Positions 55,778-64,000 of a stretch of DNA of 64,000 nucleotides are shown piece by piece; within the stretch, counting starts at the first letter, position 1, and each line of letters starts with the position of its first letter. The stretch is from Acidimicrobiia bacterium (GTDB lineage Bacteria > Actinomycetota > Acidimicrobiia > Spongiisociales > ZC4RG35). The notes below the pieces were generated by a model. That model was not told the DNA's origin, ran no database searches, and worked only from the letters and a program-made list of their open reading frames with translations. Where the stretch lies: NCBI GenBank assembly GCA_040878345.1, contig JBBDML010000015.1, positions 20,882 through 84,881 of the forward strand. Reading direction: 5' to 3'. The translations under genes and the position numbers were made by a program.

Positions 55778-56800
55778 GTGTCCGAAGTCACCCTCACCCA
55801 GTTCAGCCATGGTGCCGGCTGCGGCTGCAAGCTGGGCCCCGCCGAGCTCAACGAGGTGCTGGGCCCGATAAAAGGGCATCCGGCGACCATCCACCCGGAC
55901 CTCCTTGTGGGGTTGGGGACCAGCGACGATGCCGGTGTCTACTCATTGGGCGATGGCCGGGCCCTGGTCCAGACAGTCGATATCTTCACCCCAGTGGTCA
56001 ACTCACCACACGATTGGGGCCGGATCGCCGCAGCCAACGCCCTCTCCGACATCTACGCCATGGGGGCCACCCCATTGACCGCCCTCCAGTACCTGGCATG
56101 GCCCCGTGACCTGCTCCCCTTTGGGACCGCAACCGAGGTGGTGTCCGGAGGGCTTGGCGTGATGCAGAGCGCCGGGTGCACGGTGGTGGGGGGTCATTCC
56201 ATCGACTCGCCGGAGCCCACCTACGGGTTCGCCGTCACGGGGATCTCTGAGACCGGGAAGATCCTCACCAACGCCGGTGCCCGGCCCGGAGACGCCCTGG
56301 TCCTGACCAAGCCGCTGGGGACCGGGATCATCACCACCGCCATCAAGCGCGGGAAGTGCCCGCCGGAGGTCGAGCGGGCGGCGATCGAGACCATGACCAC
56401 CCTCAATGCCGTGGCGGCTTCCCATCTCCATGAGCACGCGGCGTCGGCGGTCACCGACGTCACCGGGTTCGGTTTGCTGGGGCATCTCCACGAGATGTGC
56501 GTCGCTTCGGGAGTGGGTGCGGAGATCGATCTGGCCTCGGTCCCGATGCTGAAGGGGGCCATCGAGCTCCTGGCTCTAGGGATGTGGGCCGGTGGGTCAC
56601 AGAGGAACCTCGAATCGACCCTTCCCCACGTCGACAGCAGCCACGAGTTGGGGTCTCTCCAGCCACTCTTCGACGCCCAGACCTCTGGGGGCCTGCTGGT
56701 GGCCCTCCCGGCGGAGTCGGCCGCTGGATATGCCGCATCGGTGGCTGGGGCGGTGATGATCGGGAGGCTCACTGCCGACCACAGGATGAGGGTGGTGTGA
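55778..56800 (+). CDS. selD: Selenide, water dikinase (selenophosphate synthetase), Cys-type
   Basis: The N-terminus LTQFSHGAGCGCKLGP matches SelD LTQYSHGAGCGCKI. AIR-synthase-related domains are present throughout. The catalytic position is Cys, not Sec. Confidence 0.85.
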   Translation: MSEVTLTQFSHGAGCGCKLGPAELNEVLGPIKGHPATIHPDLLVGLGTSDDAGVYSLGDGRALVQTVDIFTPVVNSPHDWGRIAAANALSDIYAMGATPLTALQYLAWPRDLLPFGTATEVVSGGLGVMQSAGCTVVGGHSIDSPEPTYGFAVTGISETGKILTNAGARPGDALVLTKPLGTGIITTAIKRGKCPPEVERAAIETMTTLNAVAASHLHEHAASAVTDVTGFGLLGHLHEMCVASGVGAEIDLASVPMLKGAIELLALGMWAGGSQRNLESTLPHVDSSHELGSLQPLFDAQTSGGLLVALPAESAAGYAASVAGAVMIGRLTADHRMRVV

Positions 56801-57226
56801 GTGGGACCCGAAGAGCGGCTGGAGGCCATTGCCGGCGCCTTGTCAATCCCGACGGCGAGACGGCACATCTTCCTGTGCGCAGACCAGACCAACCCGAAAT
56901 GCGCCCCTCGCGAGAAGACCCACGAGTTGTGGGCCCACTTGAAGAGTCGTCTCAAGCTGCTCGAGGTGACCACCGCGCCGCCGGCGTGGCAGGGAGACAT
57001 GTCGGTGAACCCCGACCCGGTCGCAGTGGGGGATGGCACCGTGCTCCGGTCAAAGGTGGACTGTCTCCGCATCTGCGAGCAGGGCTGCATCGCGGTCGTC
57101 TACCCCGAAGGCACCTGGTATGCGGGACTCGACCGCGAGAAGCTGGACCGGATCATCGATGAGCATCTGATCGGCGGGGTGCCGGTTGGCGAACTGGTCT
57201 TTGCCCGGGGAGACTTGTCGCCATGA
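56801..57226 (+). CDS. Thioredoxin-like [2Fe-2S] ferredoxin-family protein
   Basis: Cys pattern C26, C34, CLRIC, C95. The GTG start directly abuts the selD stop (GTGA). Confidence 0.45.
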   Translation: MGPEERLEAIAGALSIPTARRHIFLCADQTNPKCAPREKTHELWAHLKSRLKLLEVTTAPPAWQGDMSVNPDPVAVGDGTVLRSKVDCLRICEQGCIAVVYPEGTWYAGLDREKLDRIIDEHLIGGVPVGELVFARGDLSP

Positions 57227-58122
57227 AATGGTTGAGACGCCTCGTCGGTGGTCTCGTCCTTTGGCGGCTCTTCGCCCCGCCTCTCCACCCCGCGTTCCGG
57301 CCACCGCAGGAGCATCCCTGGCGCCTCGGGGGGCGGACCGTGTTCGTCGCCGACCAGGAGTTCCTGGTCAGGGAGACCGGACCGGTCGACGGCCGGCCCC
57401 TGGTCCTGATCCACGGTCTCGGGGGCTCCTCGTTGAGCGAGTGGTACCAGATCGCCCCCGAACTGGCGGCGGAGCGGCGGGTGATCATGATCGACCACCG
57501 GAGCCACGGTCTATCCCCCGCTGCCAGCAGCCGTTACGAGGTGGAGGACGTCGCCGATGACATCGCCGGGATACTCGACGAGTTGGGTCTCGGTGTGGTC
57601 GACGTGGCCGGATTCTCGATGGGGGGCACCATCGCCCAGGCCCTGGCCCACCGGCACCCCGCCCGGGTGCGCCGACTTGCCCTGATCGCCACCTTCGCCG
57701 TTTACCCGGTGGAGCGTCGGGTCGCCTCACTGGTGGGGGCGGTGGTCACCCGGGCATGGGAACGGCTCACCGGGCTGGGCACTCCTGAAGTTCGCACCGC
57801 CTATCTCCTGGCCACCGGCGCCGTGGAGCGCAAGCACGCCCGCTGGCTCTGGGAGGAGACCCATCGCCGCAACCCCGACGCCGGGGCCCAGGCCACCTTG
57901 GCCCTCCTCCGCTTCGACTCGAGACCCTGGGTGGGCCGGCTCGAGGCAGAGACCCTGGTGGTCATCCCCGGGCGGGACCAGCTGATCCCCCCGTCATGGC
58001 AGTACGGCATGGCCGGGTTGATCCCGAGGGTCAAGGTGGCGGAGCTTCCGTGGGCCCACCACGAGGTGGTGTGGACCCACCCCGAGCGCCTGACCGACGA
58101 GCTGACCGCCTTCCTGGCCTGA
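57223..58122 (+). CDS. Alpha/beta-fold hydrolase
   Basis: LVLIHGLGGS and GFSMGG nucleophile elbow. Overlaps the upstream stop (ATGA). Confidence 0.65.
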   Translation: MKWLRRLVGGLVLWRLFAPPLHPAFRPPQEHPWRLGGRTVFVADQEFLVRETGPVDGRPLVLIHGLGGSSLSEWYQIAPELAAERRVIMIDHRSHGLSPAASSRYEVEDVADDIAGILDELGLGVVDVAGFSMGGTIAQALAHRHPARVRRLALIATFAVYPVERRVASLVGAVVTRAWERLTGLGTPEVRTAYLLATGAVERKHARWLWEETHRRNPDAGAQATLALLRFDSRPWVGRLEAETLVVIPGRDQLIPPSWQYGMAGLIPRVKVAELPWAHHEVVWTHPERLTDELTAFLA

Positions 58123-58133
58123 GCGATAAGGGC

Positions 58134-58940
58134 ATGGAGACCAGGGAGCTGGGCAACGGTGGCCCTTCAGTGCCGGTGGTCGGGCTCGGGACCTGGCGGA
58201 CCCTCGACGTACGGGGCCGACGGGCCGAGGCCCGGGCCCATCAGGTGGTTGAGACCGCCCTGAACAACGGGTCGACTCTCATCGACTCCTCGCCGATGTA
58301 TGGGGAGAGCGAGCGCGTCGTCGCCGGAGGCCTAGGTGATCGACGGAGCGAGGCTTTCGTAGCCACCAAGGTCTGGAGCTCCGATCCAGCCCGGGCCCGG
58401 GCCCAGACCGAATACGCCCTCTCCCTCTACGGCCACATCGACCTGTATCAAGTCCACAACCTGGTGGCCACGGACCAGATCCTCGACCTGCTGGAAGGTC
58501 TCCGTGAGATGGGCAAGGTGAGATGGATCGGGGCCACCCACCACAGCCCGTCGGCCTTTGCCGAGCTGGCCGGGGTGATGCGAGGTGGGAGGGTCTCGGC
58601 GGTACAGGTGCCCTACAACCCACGGCAGCGGGATGTGGAGCAGATGATCCTCCCTCTGGCCGCCGAGCTCGGGCTCGGAGTGGTGGTGATGAGACCGTTT
58701 GGGGAAGGCGCATTGGTCCGGCGCCGGCCCTTACCGGGGGAGCTCGGCCCATTGAGGTCATTTGGCGTGGAGACCTGGCCCCAAGCACTTCTCAAATGGG
58801 TGCTCAGCGACCCGAGATGCACCGTGGCCATACCGGCAACATCGCGACCGGAGCGGGTTACCGAGAATGCCGCCGCCGGCTCGCCACCCTGGTTCGGGGC
58901 CGATGAGCGGGCCCTCGTCTCGCGGCTCGCCGGCGCCTAG
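58134..58940 (+). CDS. Aldo/keto reductase
   Basis: LGLGTW..., IDSSPMYGESE and VQVPYNP blocks. The start was chosen at the internal Met METRELG. Confidence 0.7.
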   Translation: METRELGNGGPSVPVVGLGTWRTLDVRGRRAEARAHQVVETALNNGSTLIDSSPMYGESERVVAGGLGDRRSEAFVATKVWSSDPARARAQTEYALSLYGHIDLYQVHNLVATDQILDLLEGLREMGKVRWIGATHHSPSAFAELAGVMRGGRVSAVQVPYNPRQRDVEQMILPLAAELGLGVVVMRPFGEGALVRRRPLPGELGPLRSFGVETWPQALLKWVLSDPRCTVAIPATSRPERVTENAAAGSPPWFGADERALVSRLAGA

Positions 58941-58963
58941 CGACAGCCCACTAGCTTGTCGCC

Positions 58964-60259
58964 ATGGTGACGGCCCATGCCATCGGCGGCCGCGCCGACC
59001 TCTCGGTGCCCCTCGAGTACTTCGTGGTGGGTGCGGTGCTGGTGCTCCTCATCTCCTTCGGCGCCCTGGCGGTGCTCTGGCCCGAGCCGCGGCTCCAGGG
59101 TGGTCCCGACTACTCCGGCTCCAGTGGTCCGAGGGCGCGCCCCTGGCCACTGGGGGTCATCGGGGTGCTCGGTCTGATCCTGGTGATCGGTCAGCTGTGG
59201 GTGCCGTTAATGGGGCTGGAGCCCGATCCCACCCGTCCCACCATCGCACCGGTCCTGGTCTGGGTCGGGCTCTGGTTGTTCGTCCCGTTCATGTCGGTGT
59301 TCCTCGGCAACTGGTACGCCGATCTCAACCCCTGGCGGGCCCTGGCCCGGGTCTACCGCCTGGGGGGTGTCGAACGGCCCCACCTCCTCGACCGGTGGGG
59401 TCTGTGGCCGGCATCGGTGGGCCTGCTCGGGCTGACCTGGTTCGAGCTGATCAGCGCCTCCCCCGGATCACCGGCCACATTGGGACTGGTGGCCCTGGCC
59501 TACACCTTGTTCCTGCTCGGGGCGATTGCCTTTGCCGGGAAGGAGACCGCTCTGATCACCTTCGACCTGTTCACCACCCAGAACCGCCTGTTCTCCGCCA
59601 TCTCCCCGCTGGGTCGCACCGACCGGGGGCGTCTGGTGTGGAGAGGGTGGCTGAGGGCCCTGACCGTCATCCCCGAATGGCGTGGTCTATGGGTCTTCGT
59701 GGTCGTAATGATCGGCACGGTCACCTACGACGGCGCGTCTGGTGCGGCATGGTTCGGAGATGTGACCGCCAGTTTGGGGAGAACCCAGACGGGAGAGACG
59801 TTGCTCCTGGTCCTCGCCGTGGTGGTGGTTGGGATCGCCTATCTCGGCGCCTGCTCGGTGGCGGCGAGGCTCAGCGACACCGGCACCAGTGTCGCCAGGG
59901 TCGCCCAGCGCTTCGCCCACACCCTGGTGCCCATCGCCCTCGCCTATGCCTTTGCCCACTACTTCACCCTTGTCCTCTTCGAGGGACAGCAGTTGATATC
60001 CGCCATCTCGGACCCACTTGGGCTCGGCTGGGACCTGTTCGGGACCGCGGGTCGTCGGACCGTGTTCTTCCTCACCTCCACCACCACGGTCTGGTACATC
60101 CAGGTGGCGTCTATCGTCGGTGGTCATGTCCTCGGTGTCGTCTTGGCCCATGACCGGGCGCTCGCCGATTTTGGTCCTGGCGCCATCCGCTCCCAGTACG
60201 CCATGCTGAGCCTGATGGCCGCCCTGACATCGCTGGGTCTATGGGTCCTGGCCGGATGA
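58964..60259 (+). CDS. Hypothetical polytopic membrane protein (upstream of ctaB)
   Basis: About 10 TM helices; no motif recognised. Confidence 0.4.
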   Translation: MVTAHAIGGRADLSVPLEYFVVGAVLVLLISFGALAVLWPEPRLQGGPDYSGSSGPRARPWPLGVIGVLGLILVIGQLWVPLMGLEPDPTRPTIAPVLVWVGLWLFVPFMSVFLGNWYADLNPWRALARVYRLGGVERPHLLDRWGLWPASVGLLGLTWFELISASPGSPATLGLVALAYTLFLLGAIAFAGKETALITFDLFTTQNRLFSAISPLGRTDRGRLVWRGWLRALTVIPEWRGLWVFVVVMIGTVTYDGASGAAWFGDVTASLGRTQTGETLLLVLAVVVVGIAYLGACSVAARLSDTGTSVARVAQRFAHTLVPIALAYAFAHYFTLVLFEGQQLISAISDPLGLGWDLFGTAGRRTVFFLTSTTTVWYIQVASIVGGHVLGVVLAHDRALADFGPGAIRSQYAMLSLMAALTSLGLWVLAG

Positions 60260-61164
60260 ATGACCAGATGTCGACCGAGCATCACCCGGTGATCGAGGCC
60301 CCTGCGGCCGCCAGGGGGCGGCTGGCGGCGTATGTCGCCTTGACAAAGCCGCGGATCATAGAACTCCTGCTGATAACGACCATCCCATCGATGGCTCTCG
60401 CCGCCGGCGCCTGGCCGGGGACCTGGCTGGTGGTGGCCACCTTGATCGGCGGGACCCTGTCGGCGGCAGGCGCCAACACGTTGAACAGCTACCTGGACCG
60501 TGACATCGACCAGGTGATGGGTCGCACCAGGCACCGCCCCCTCGCCCGGCACGAGGTCCCACCCCAAAAGGCCCTGTTCCTCGGTGTGGCCCTGGGCCTG
60601 GCCGGCCTGGTTTGGCTCGGTCTCACCACCAACTGGCTGGCGGCATCGATCTCCACCGCCGCCCTGCTCTTCTACGTCTTCGTCTACACCGTGGCCCTCA
60701 AGCGCCGGTCAGCCCAGAACATCGTCATTGGGGGGGCGGCGGGGGCGGCGCCTGCCCTGGTGGGATGGGCCGCGGTGACCGGGACGCTCGGTGTCCCGGC
60801 ATGGGCCCTCTTCCTCATCGTCTTCTATTGGACCCCACCCCACTTCTGGGCGCTGGCCCTGCGTTATCGGGATGACTACGCCAGGGCCGGGGTCCCCATG
60901 CTCCCGGTGGTCGCCGGAACCTTGGCCACCACCAGGAGGATGCTCCTCTACACCGTGCTGGTGGTCGGGGTCTCCCTGGTCCTGGTTCCCCTGGGAGGGA
61001 TGTCGTGGGTCTATCTGGTGGCTGCCACCGTCCTCGGCGCCTGGTTCCTCTGGGACACGTGGAGGGTTCATCGGGCCCCGGAGCGGGCGATGAAGCTGTT
61101 CACCACGTCCAATACCTACCTGGCGGCGCTGTTTGCCTCGGTGATGCTGGATGTCATGGTATGA
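60241..61164 (+). CDS. ctaB: Protoheme IX farnesyltransferase (heme O synthase)
   Basis: UbiA-family motifs (NxxxDxxID: NSYLDRDIDQVMGRTRHRP); 8-9 TM. Confidence 0.8.
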   Translation: MGPGRMNDQMSTEHHPVIEAPAAARGRLAAYVALTKPRIIELLLITTIPSMALAAGAWPGTWLVVATLIGGTLSAAGANTLNSYLDRDIDQVMGRTRHRPLARHEVPPQKALFLGVALGLAGLVWLGLTTNWLAASISTAALLFYVFVYTVALKRRSAQNIVIGGAAGAAPALVGWAAVTGTLGVPAWALFLIVFYWTPPHFWALALRYRDDYARAGVPMLPVVAGTLATTRRMLLYTVLVVGVSLVLVPLGGMSWVYLVAATVLGAWFLWDTWRVHRAPERAMKLFTTSNTYLAALFASVMLDVMV

Positions 61165-61979
61165 GACGTCTGGTGGTCCCCATCCTGCTGGTCCTCGCCG
61201 CCTGCGGGGGCTCTTCCTCGGTGAGCCCGATGATCGCCTCCAGCCCGGGAGGCATCGGGATCGGGGCCCAACGGGTCCTCATCGCCCTGGTCGACACCGC
61301 CACCAGCGAGCTGGTGGCGTCACCCGACCTGGAGGTGGTCGCCACCTTGAGAGACAGGATCGGGTCTCCGCTGGGCGAGTACCCCGGCGAGCTGGTGTGG
61401 ATCATCCCCGACGTGCGGGGGCTGTACGCCTTCGATTTCGAGATCCCCGGGGCGGGCACCTTCCAGGTGACCCTGGACGCCGGTGAGTACGGGGACCTGG
61501 GCCCGATCGGGCTGGTGACGGTGGAGGATCCGGCGGCTGTCGGCGTTGGCGACCTGGCACCCCTGTCAGAGACCCGGACAACTCCCGACTTCCCGATCGG
61601 GGACATCACCTCTGATCCTGATCCCGATCACCGCTTCTACGAGATGTCGGTGGCGGAGGCGGTGTCGTCGGGCCCTACGGTGATCGTGTTCGGAACCCCG
61701 GCTTGGTGCCAGTCGCAGGCTTGCGGCCCCATGCTCGAGCAGGTCAAGGCGATGTCCTCTGAGTTCCCCGATCTCAATTACGTGCATGTCGAGATCTACG
61801 AGAACATCCACGTCAGCAGTTTCGACGAGCTGGTCCTGGTCCCTGCCGTCGAGGAATGGCGGCTGCTGGCGGAGCCTTGGGTGTATGTCACCGACGGCGG
61901 CGGCCGGGTCAGCGGATCCTTCGAAGGTGCGGTGTCTGACGACGAGTTGAGGACCGCATTCAGGCAAGCGTCACCTTGA
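61161..61979 (+). CDS. Thioredoxin-fold lipoprotein (possible cytochrome oxidase biogenesis/thiol-disulfide protein)
   Basis: MRRLVVPILLVLAACGG is a signal peptide with a lipobox. C-terminal Trx-like segment VIVFGTPAWCQSQACGP. The start overlaps the ctaB stop (ATGA). Confidence 0.45.
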   Translation: MRRLVVPILLVLAACGGSSSVSPMIASSPGGIGIGAQRVLIALVDTATSELVASPDLEVVATLRDRIGSPLGEYPGELVWIIPDVRGLYAFDFEIPGAGTFQVTLDAGEYGDLGPIGLVTVEDPAAVGVGDLAPLSETRTTPDFPIGDITSDPDPDHRFYEMSVAEAVSSGPTVIVFGTPAWCQSQACGPMLEQVKAMSSEFPDLNYVHVEIYENIHVSSFDELVLVPAVEEWRLLAEPWVYVTDGGGRVSGSFEGAVSDDELRTAFRQASP

Positions 61980-62037
61980 AACCGCCTCAGACCCGAAGTT
62001 GGTCGGTGGTTCCCGTTCTCCGTATGATGCCGATCCG

Positions 62038-63102
62038 ATGGCCCAGCTCCGTCACCGTCTGACGCGTCTCACCGCCCTGGTCGCCACCACCCTGACTCTG
62101 GCGGCATGCGCATTCATCGAGCCGGAGAGCGCCCCTCTCACCACATTCGAGCCCGCCGGGCCCATTGCCGAGCGAATCGACGAGCTGTTCTGGATGGTGT
62201 TCTGGATCGCCACCGGGATCTTCGCCCTGGTCATTGGGGGCCTGGTCGTGATCCTGTTCTTCTTCCGCGACCGGGGCAAGGAGGGGGCCAAGGAGCCCAA
62301 GCAGCTCCACGGGAGCCCCAAGCTGGAGGTGCTGTGGACAGTCATCCCGGCTTTGATCCTGGCTGTCATCGCGGTGCCCACGGTCTCCTCGGTGTTCGAG
62401 TTGACCGGCTGTGACGACGACTCGATGCGTGTCGAGGTCATCGGGCATCAGTGGTGGTTCGAGTTCCACTATCCCGAGCAGGGACTCGACACCGCCAACG
62501 TGATGGTGATCCCTGCGGGGACCGAGGTCTGCGCCGAGATGACCTCCGTCGACGTACTGCACAGCTTCTGGGTCCCTGCCCTTCATGGCAAGCGATACCT
62601 GGTCCCGGGCCAGACCACGCTGCTCAGGCTCGAGGCCTCGGAGCCGGGTGAGTTCTGGGGCCATTGCGGCGAGTTCTGTGGGCTCTCCCACTCCTTGATG
62701 CGGACCAGGGTGCAGGCGGTGAGCCAGGCCGACTTCGACACCTGGGTCGCCGCCCAGCTCGAGCCGACGGCCCTCCCAGAGGAAGGCACCCCCGAGTTCG
62801 ATGGCTATCAGGTGTTCCTCAACAAGGGGTGCACCCAGTGCCACACCGTCCGGTTCGACGACGAGGAGTCTTCGAACATCGTGGCTCCCGACGCCTTCAA
62901 CGGCCCGGAGCTGACCCATTTCGCCTCACGGAACGTGTTTGCCGGGGCCACCCTCCCCGAGGAGGACGAGACCCGTGAGCAGGCGCTGAGACGCTGGCTG
63001 GCCGATCCCCCCTATGTCAAGCCGGGCAGTTACATGCCCAACCTCGCCCTCACCGCCCAGGAGATCGATTCCCTCATAGCCTTCCTGGAGAGCAACCAGT
63101 GA
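62038..63102 (+). CDS. ctaC: Cytochrome c oxidase subunit II with C-terminal cytochrome c domain (caa3-type)
   Basis: CuA site HSFWVPALHGK...HCGEFCGLSHSLM plus CTQCH heme c motif; 2 N-terminal TM. Confidence 0.8.
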   Translation: MAQLRHRLTRLTALVATTLTLAACAFIEPESAPLTTFEPAGPIAERIDELFWMVFWIATGIFALVIGGLVVILFFFRDRGKEGAKEPKQLHGSPKLEVLWTVIPALILAVIAVPTVSSVFELTGCDDDSMRVEVIGHQWWFEFHYPEQGLDTANVMVIPAGTEVCAEMTSVDVLHSFWVPALHGKRYLVPGQTTLLRLEASEPGEFWGHCGEFCGLSHSLMRTRVQAVSQADFDTWVAAQLEPTALPEEGTPEFDGYQVFLNKGCTQCHTVRFDDEESSNIVAPDAFNGPELTHFASRNVFAGATLPEEDETREQALRRWLADPPYVKPGSYMPNLALTAQEIDSLIAFLESNQ

Positions 63103-64000
63103 CCGCCACCGCCGAGCGCCCCCAGACCACCATCTTTCGACGGCCCCGGTCGACGACCGGGCTGTGGTCGTGGCTGACCACGGTCGACCACAAGCGGATC
63201 GGCATCATGTACGGGTACGCCGCCTTCACCTTCTTCATCCTCGGCGGCGTCGAGGCCCTGCTCCTCAGGATCCAGCTGACTCAGGCCAACTCGGAGTTCC
63301 TCACTGCCGGGGCCTACAACGCCCTGTTCACCATGCATGGCACCACGATGATCTTCCTGTTCGTGATGCCGGTGTCATCGGCTTTCATGAACTATCTCCT
63401 CCCCCTGCTGATCGGAGCCCGGGACGTGGCCTTCCCCCGGCTCAACGCCCTCTCGTGGTGGATCTTCGTCTTCGGCGGGATCTTCCTCTACAGCACCTTC
63501 TTCTTCGGCACCTCGCTCCCACCGGTCGGCGCCGACGGTGTCTCGGGCAACCTGGCCGCCGGCGGCGGCCCCGGCAGCTTCAATTTCCTCGCCTCCTCAC
63601 CAGACGGAGGCTGGTTCTCGTATCAACCGAATGCCGGCCCGCTCTACTCGCCGGGCACCGCGATGGACTACTGGGCTTTGGGGCTGCAGATGCTGGGCCT
63701 GGCCTCCCTGGTGTCGGCGATCAACTTCATCGTCACTGTGTTCAACATGCGAGCCCTCGGGATGCGACTCCTCCGCATGCCGGTCTTCGCCTGGATGACC
63801 ACAGTGGTGGCCTTCCTCCTGCTGTTCTCGCTGCCGATCATCGCGGTGGCCCTGTTCATGGTGGCCTTCGATCGGCAGTTCGGGACGGTGTTCTTCGCCC
63901 CGACTGGCGGCGGCGACCCCATCCTGTGGCAACACCTGTTCTGGCTGTTCGGCCATCCCGAGGTGTACATCCTGGTTCTCCCGGCGATGGGCATCGTCTC
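63099..64000 (+). CDS. ctaD: Cytochrome c oxidase subunit I (5' partial; continues past window end)
   Basis: GTG 63099 overlaps the ctaC stop. The translation ...GIMYGYAAFTFFILGG...LFTMHGTTMIFLFVMP...WQHLFWLFGHPEVYILVLPAMGIV is canonical COX1. Confidence 0.85.
   Translation, partial: MTATAERPQTTIFRRPRSTTGLWSWLTTVDHKRIGIMYGYAAFTFFILGGVEALLLRIQLTQANSEFLTAGAYNALFTMHGTTMIFLFVMPVSSAFMNYLLPLLIGARDVAFPRLNALSWWIFVFGGIFLYSTFFFGTSLPPVGADGVSGNLAAGGGPGSFNFLASSPDGGWFSYQPNAGPLYSPGTAMDYWALGLQMLGLASLVSAINFIVTVFNMRALGMRLLRMPVFAWMTTVVAFLLLFSLPIIAVALFMVAFDRQFGTVFFAPTGGGDPILWQHLFWLFGHPEVYILVLPAMGIV

Overview
This is a high-GC (about 65-70%) actinobacterial-type chromosomal window, with coding on both strands and very little intergenic space. 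Most of it is core metabolism and housekeeping. Identified genes include ctaB/ctaC/ctaD of a caa3-type cytochrome oxidase, greA, mgtE, glnE, nadE, DAHP synthase, clpS, and udk/proC/proline dehydrogenase. There is a separate P5C dehydrogenase. There is also a leucine/branched-chain acyl-CoA catabolic set: biotin carboxylase alpha, carboxyltransferase beta, MaoC, thiolase, CoA-transferase and SDR. plsY, bcp, kbl, an ECF sigma/anti-sigma pair and selD complete the list. Read by eye, the most interesting signal is a selenium theme. selD is present. A SelW/Rdx-like gene (CVPU motif) has an in-frame UGA followed by a hairpin. A roughly 2.1-kb insert is bounded by a 44-bp duplication of the 3' half of tRNA-Lys(UUU). 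This insert carries a fusion methyltransferase (N-terminal unknown domain plus ArsM-like SAM-MTase) whose ORF is interrupted by an in-frame UGA exactly at the conserved As-binding Cys position (WxxCIAGAL -> WTN-U-IAGAL). The UGA is followed 9 nt later by a strong hairpin, so this is a candidate Sec-containing ArsM-like enzyme on a tRNA-targeted islet. Other notable items are listed next. An endonuclease-IV-like (AP endonuclease family 2) domain is fused to a LigD-type NHEJ polymerase domain. A HisA-like (beta/alpha)8 protein is fused to a VOC/glyoxalase domain. Two tandem 47-nt perfect hairpins lie between those two genes. A family of five REP-like 47-nt hairpins sits at gene 3' ends, two of them flanking a duplicated SDR 3' fragment. 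A clpS-DUF2017-eRF1-like(baeRF)-MocA-like-DUF4332 gene string is present. selA, selB and selC were not seen in this window. All calls rest on reading the translations and the DNA by eye; no searches were run.
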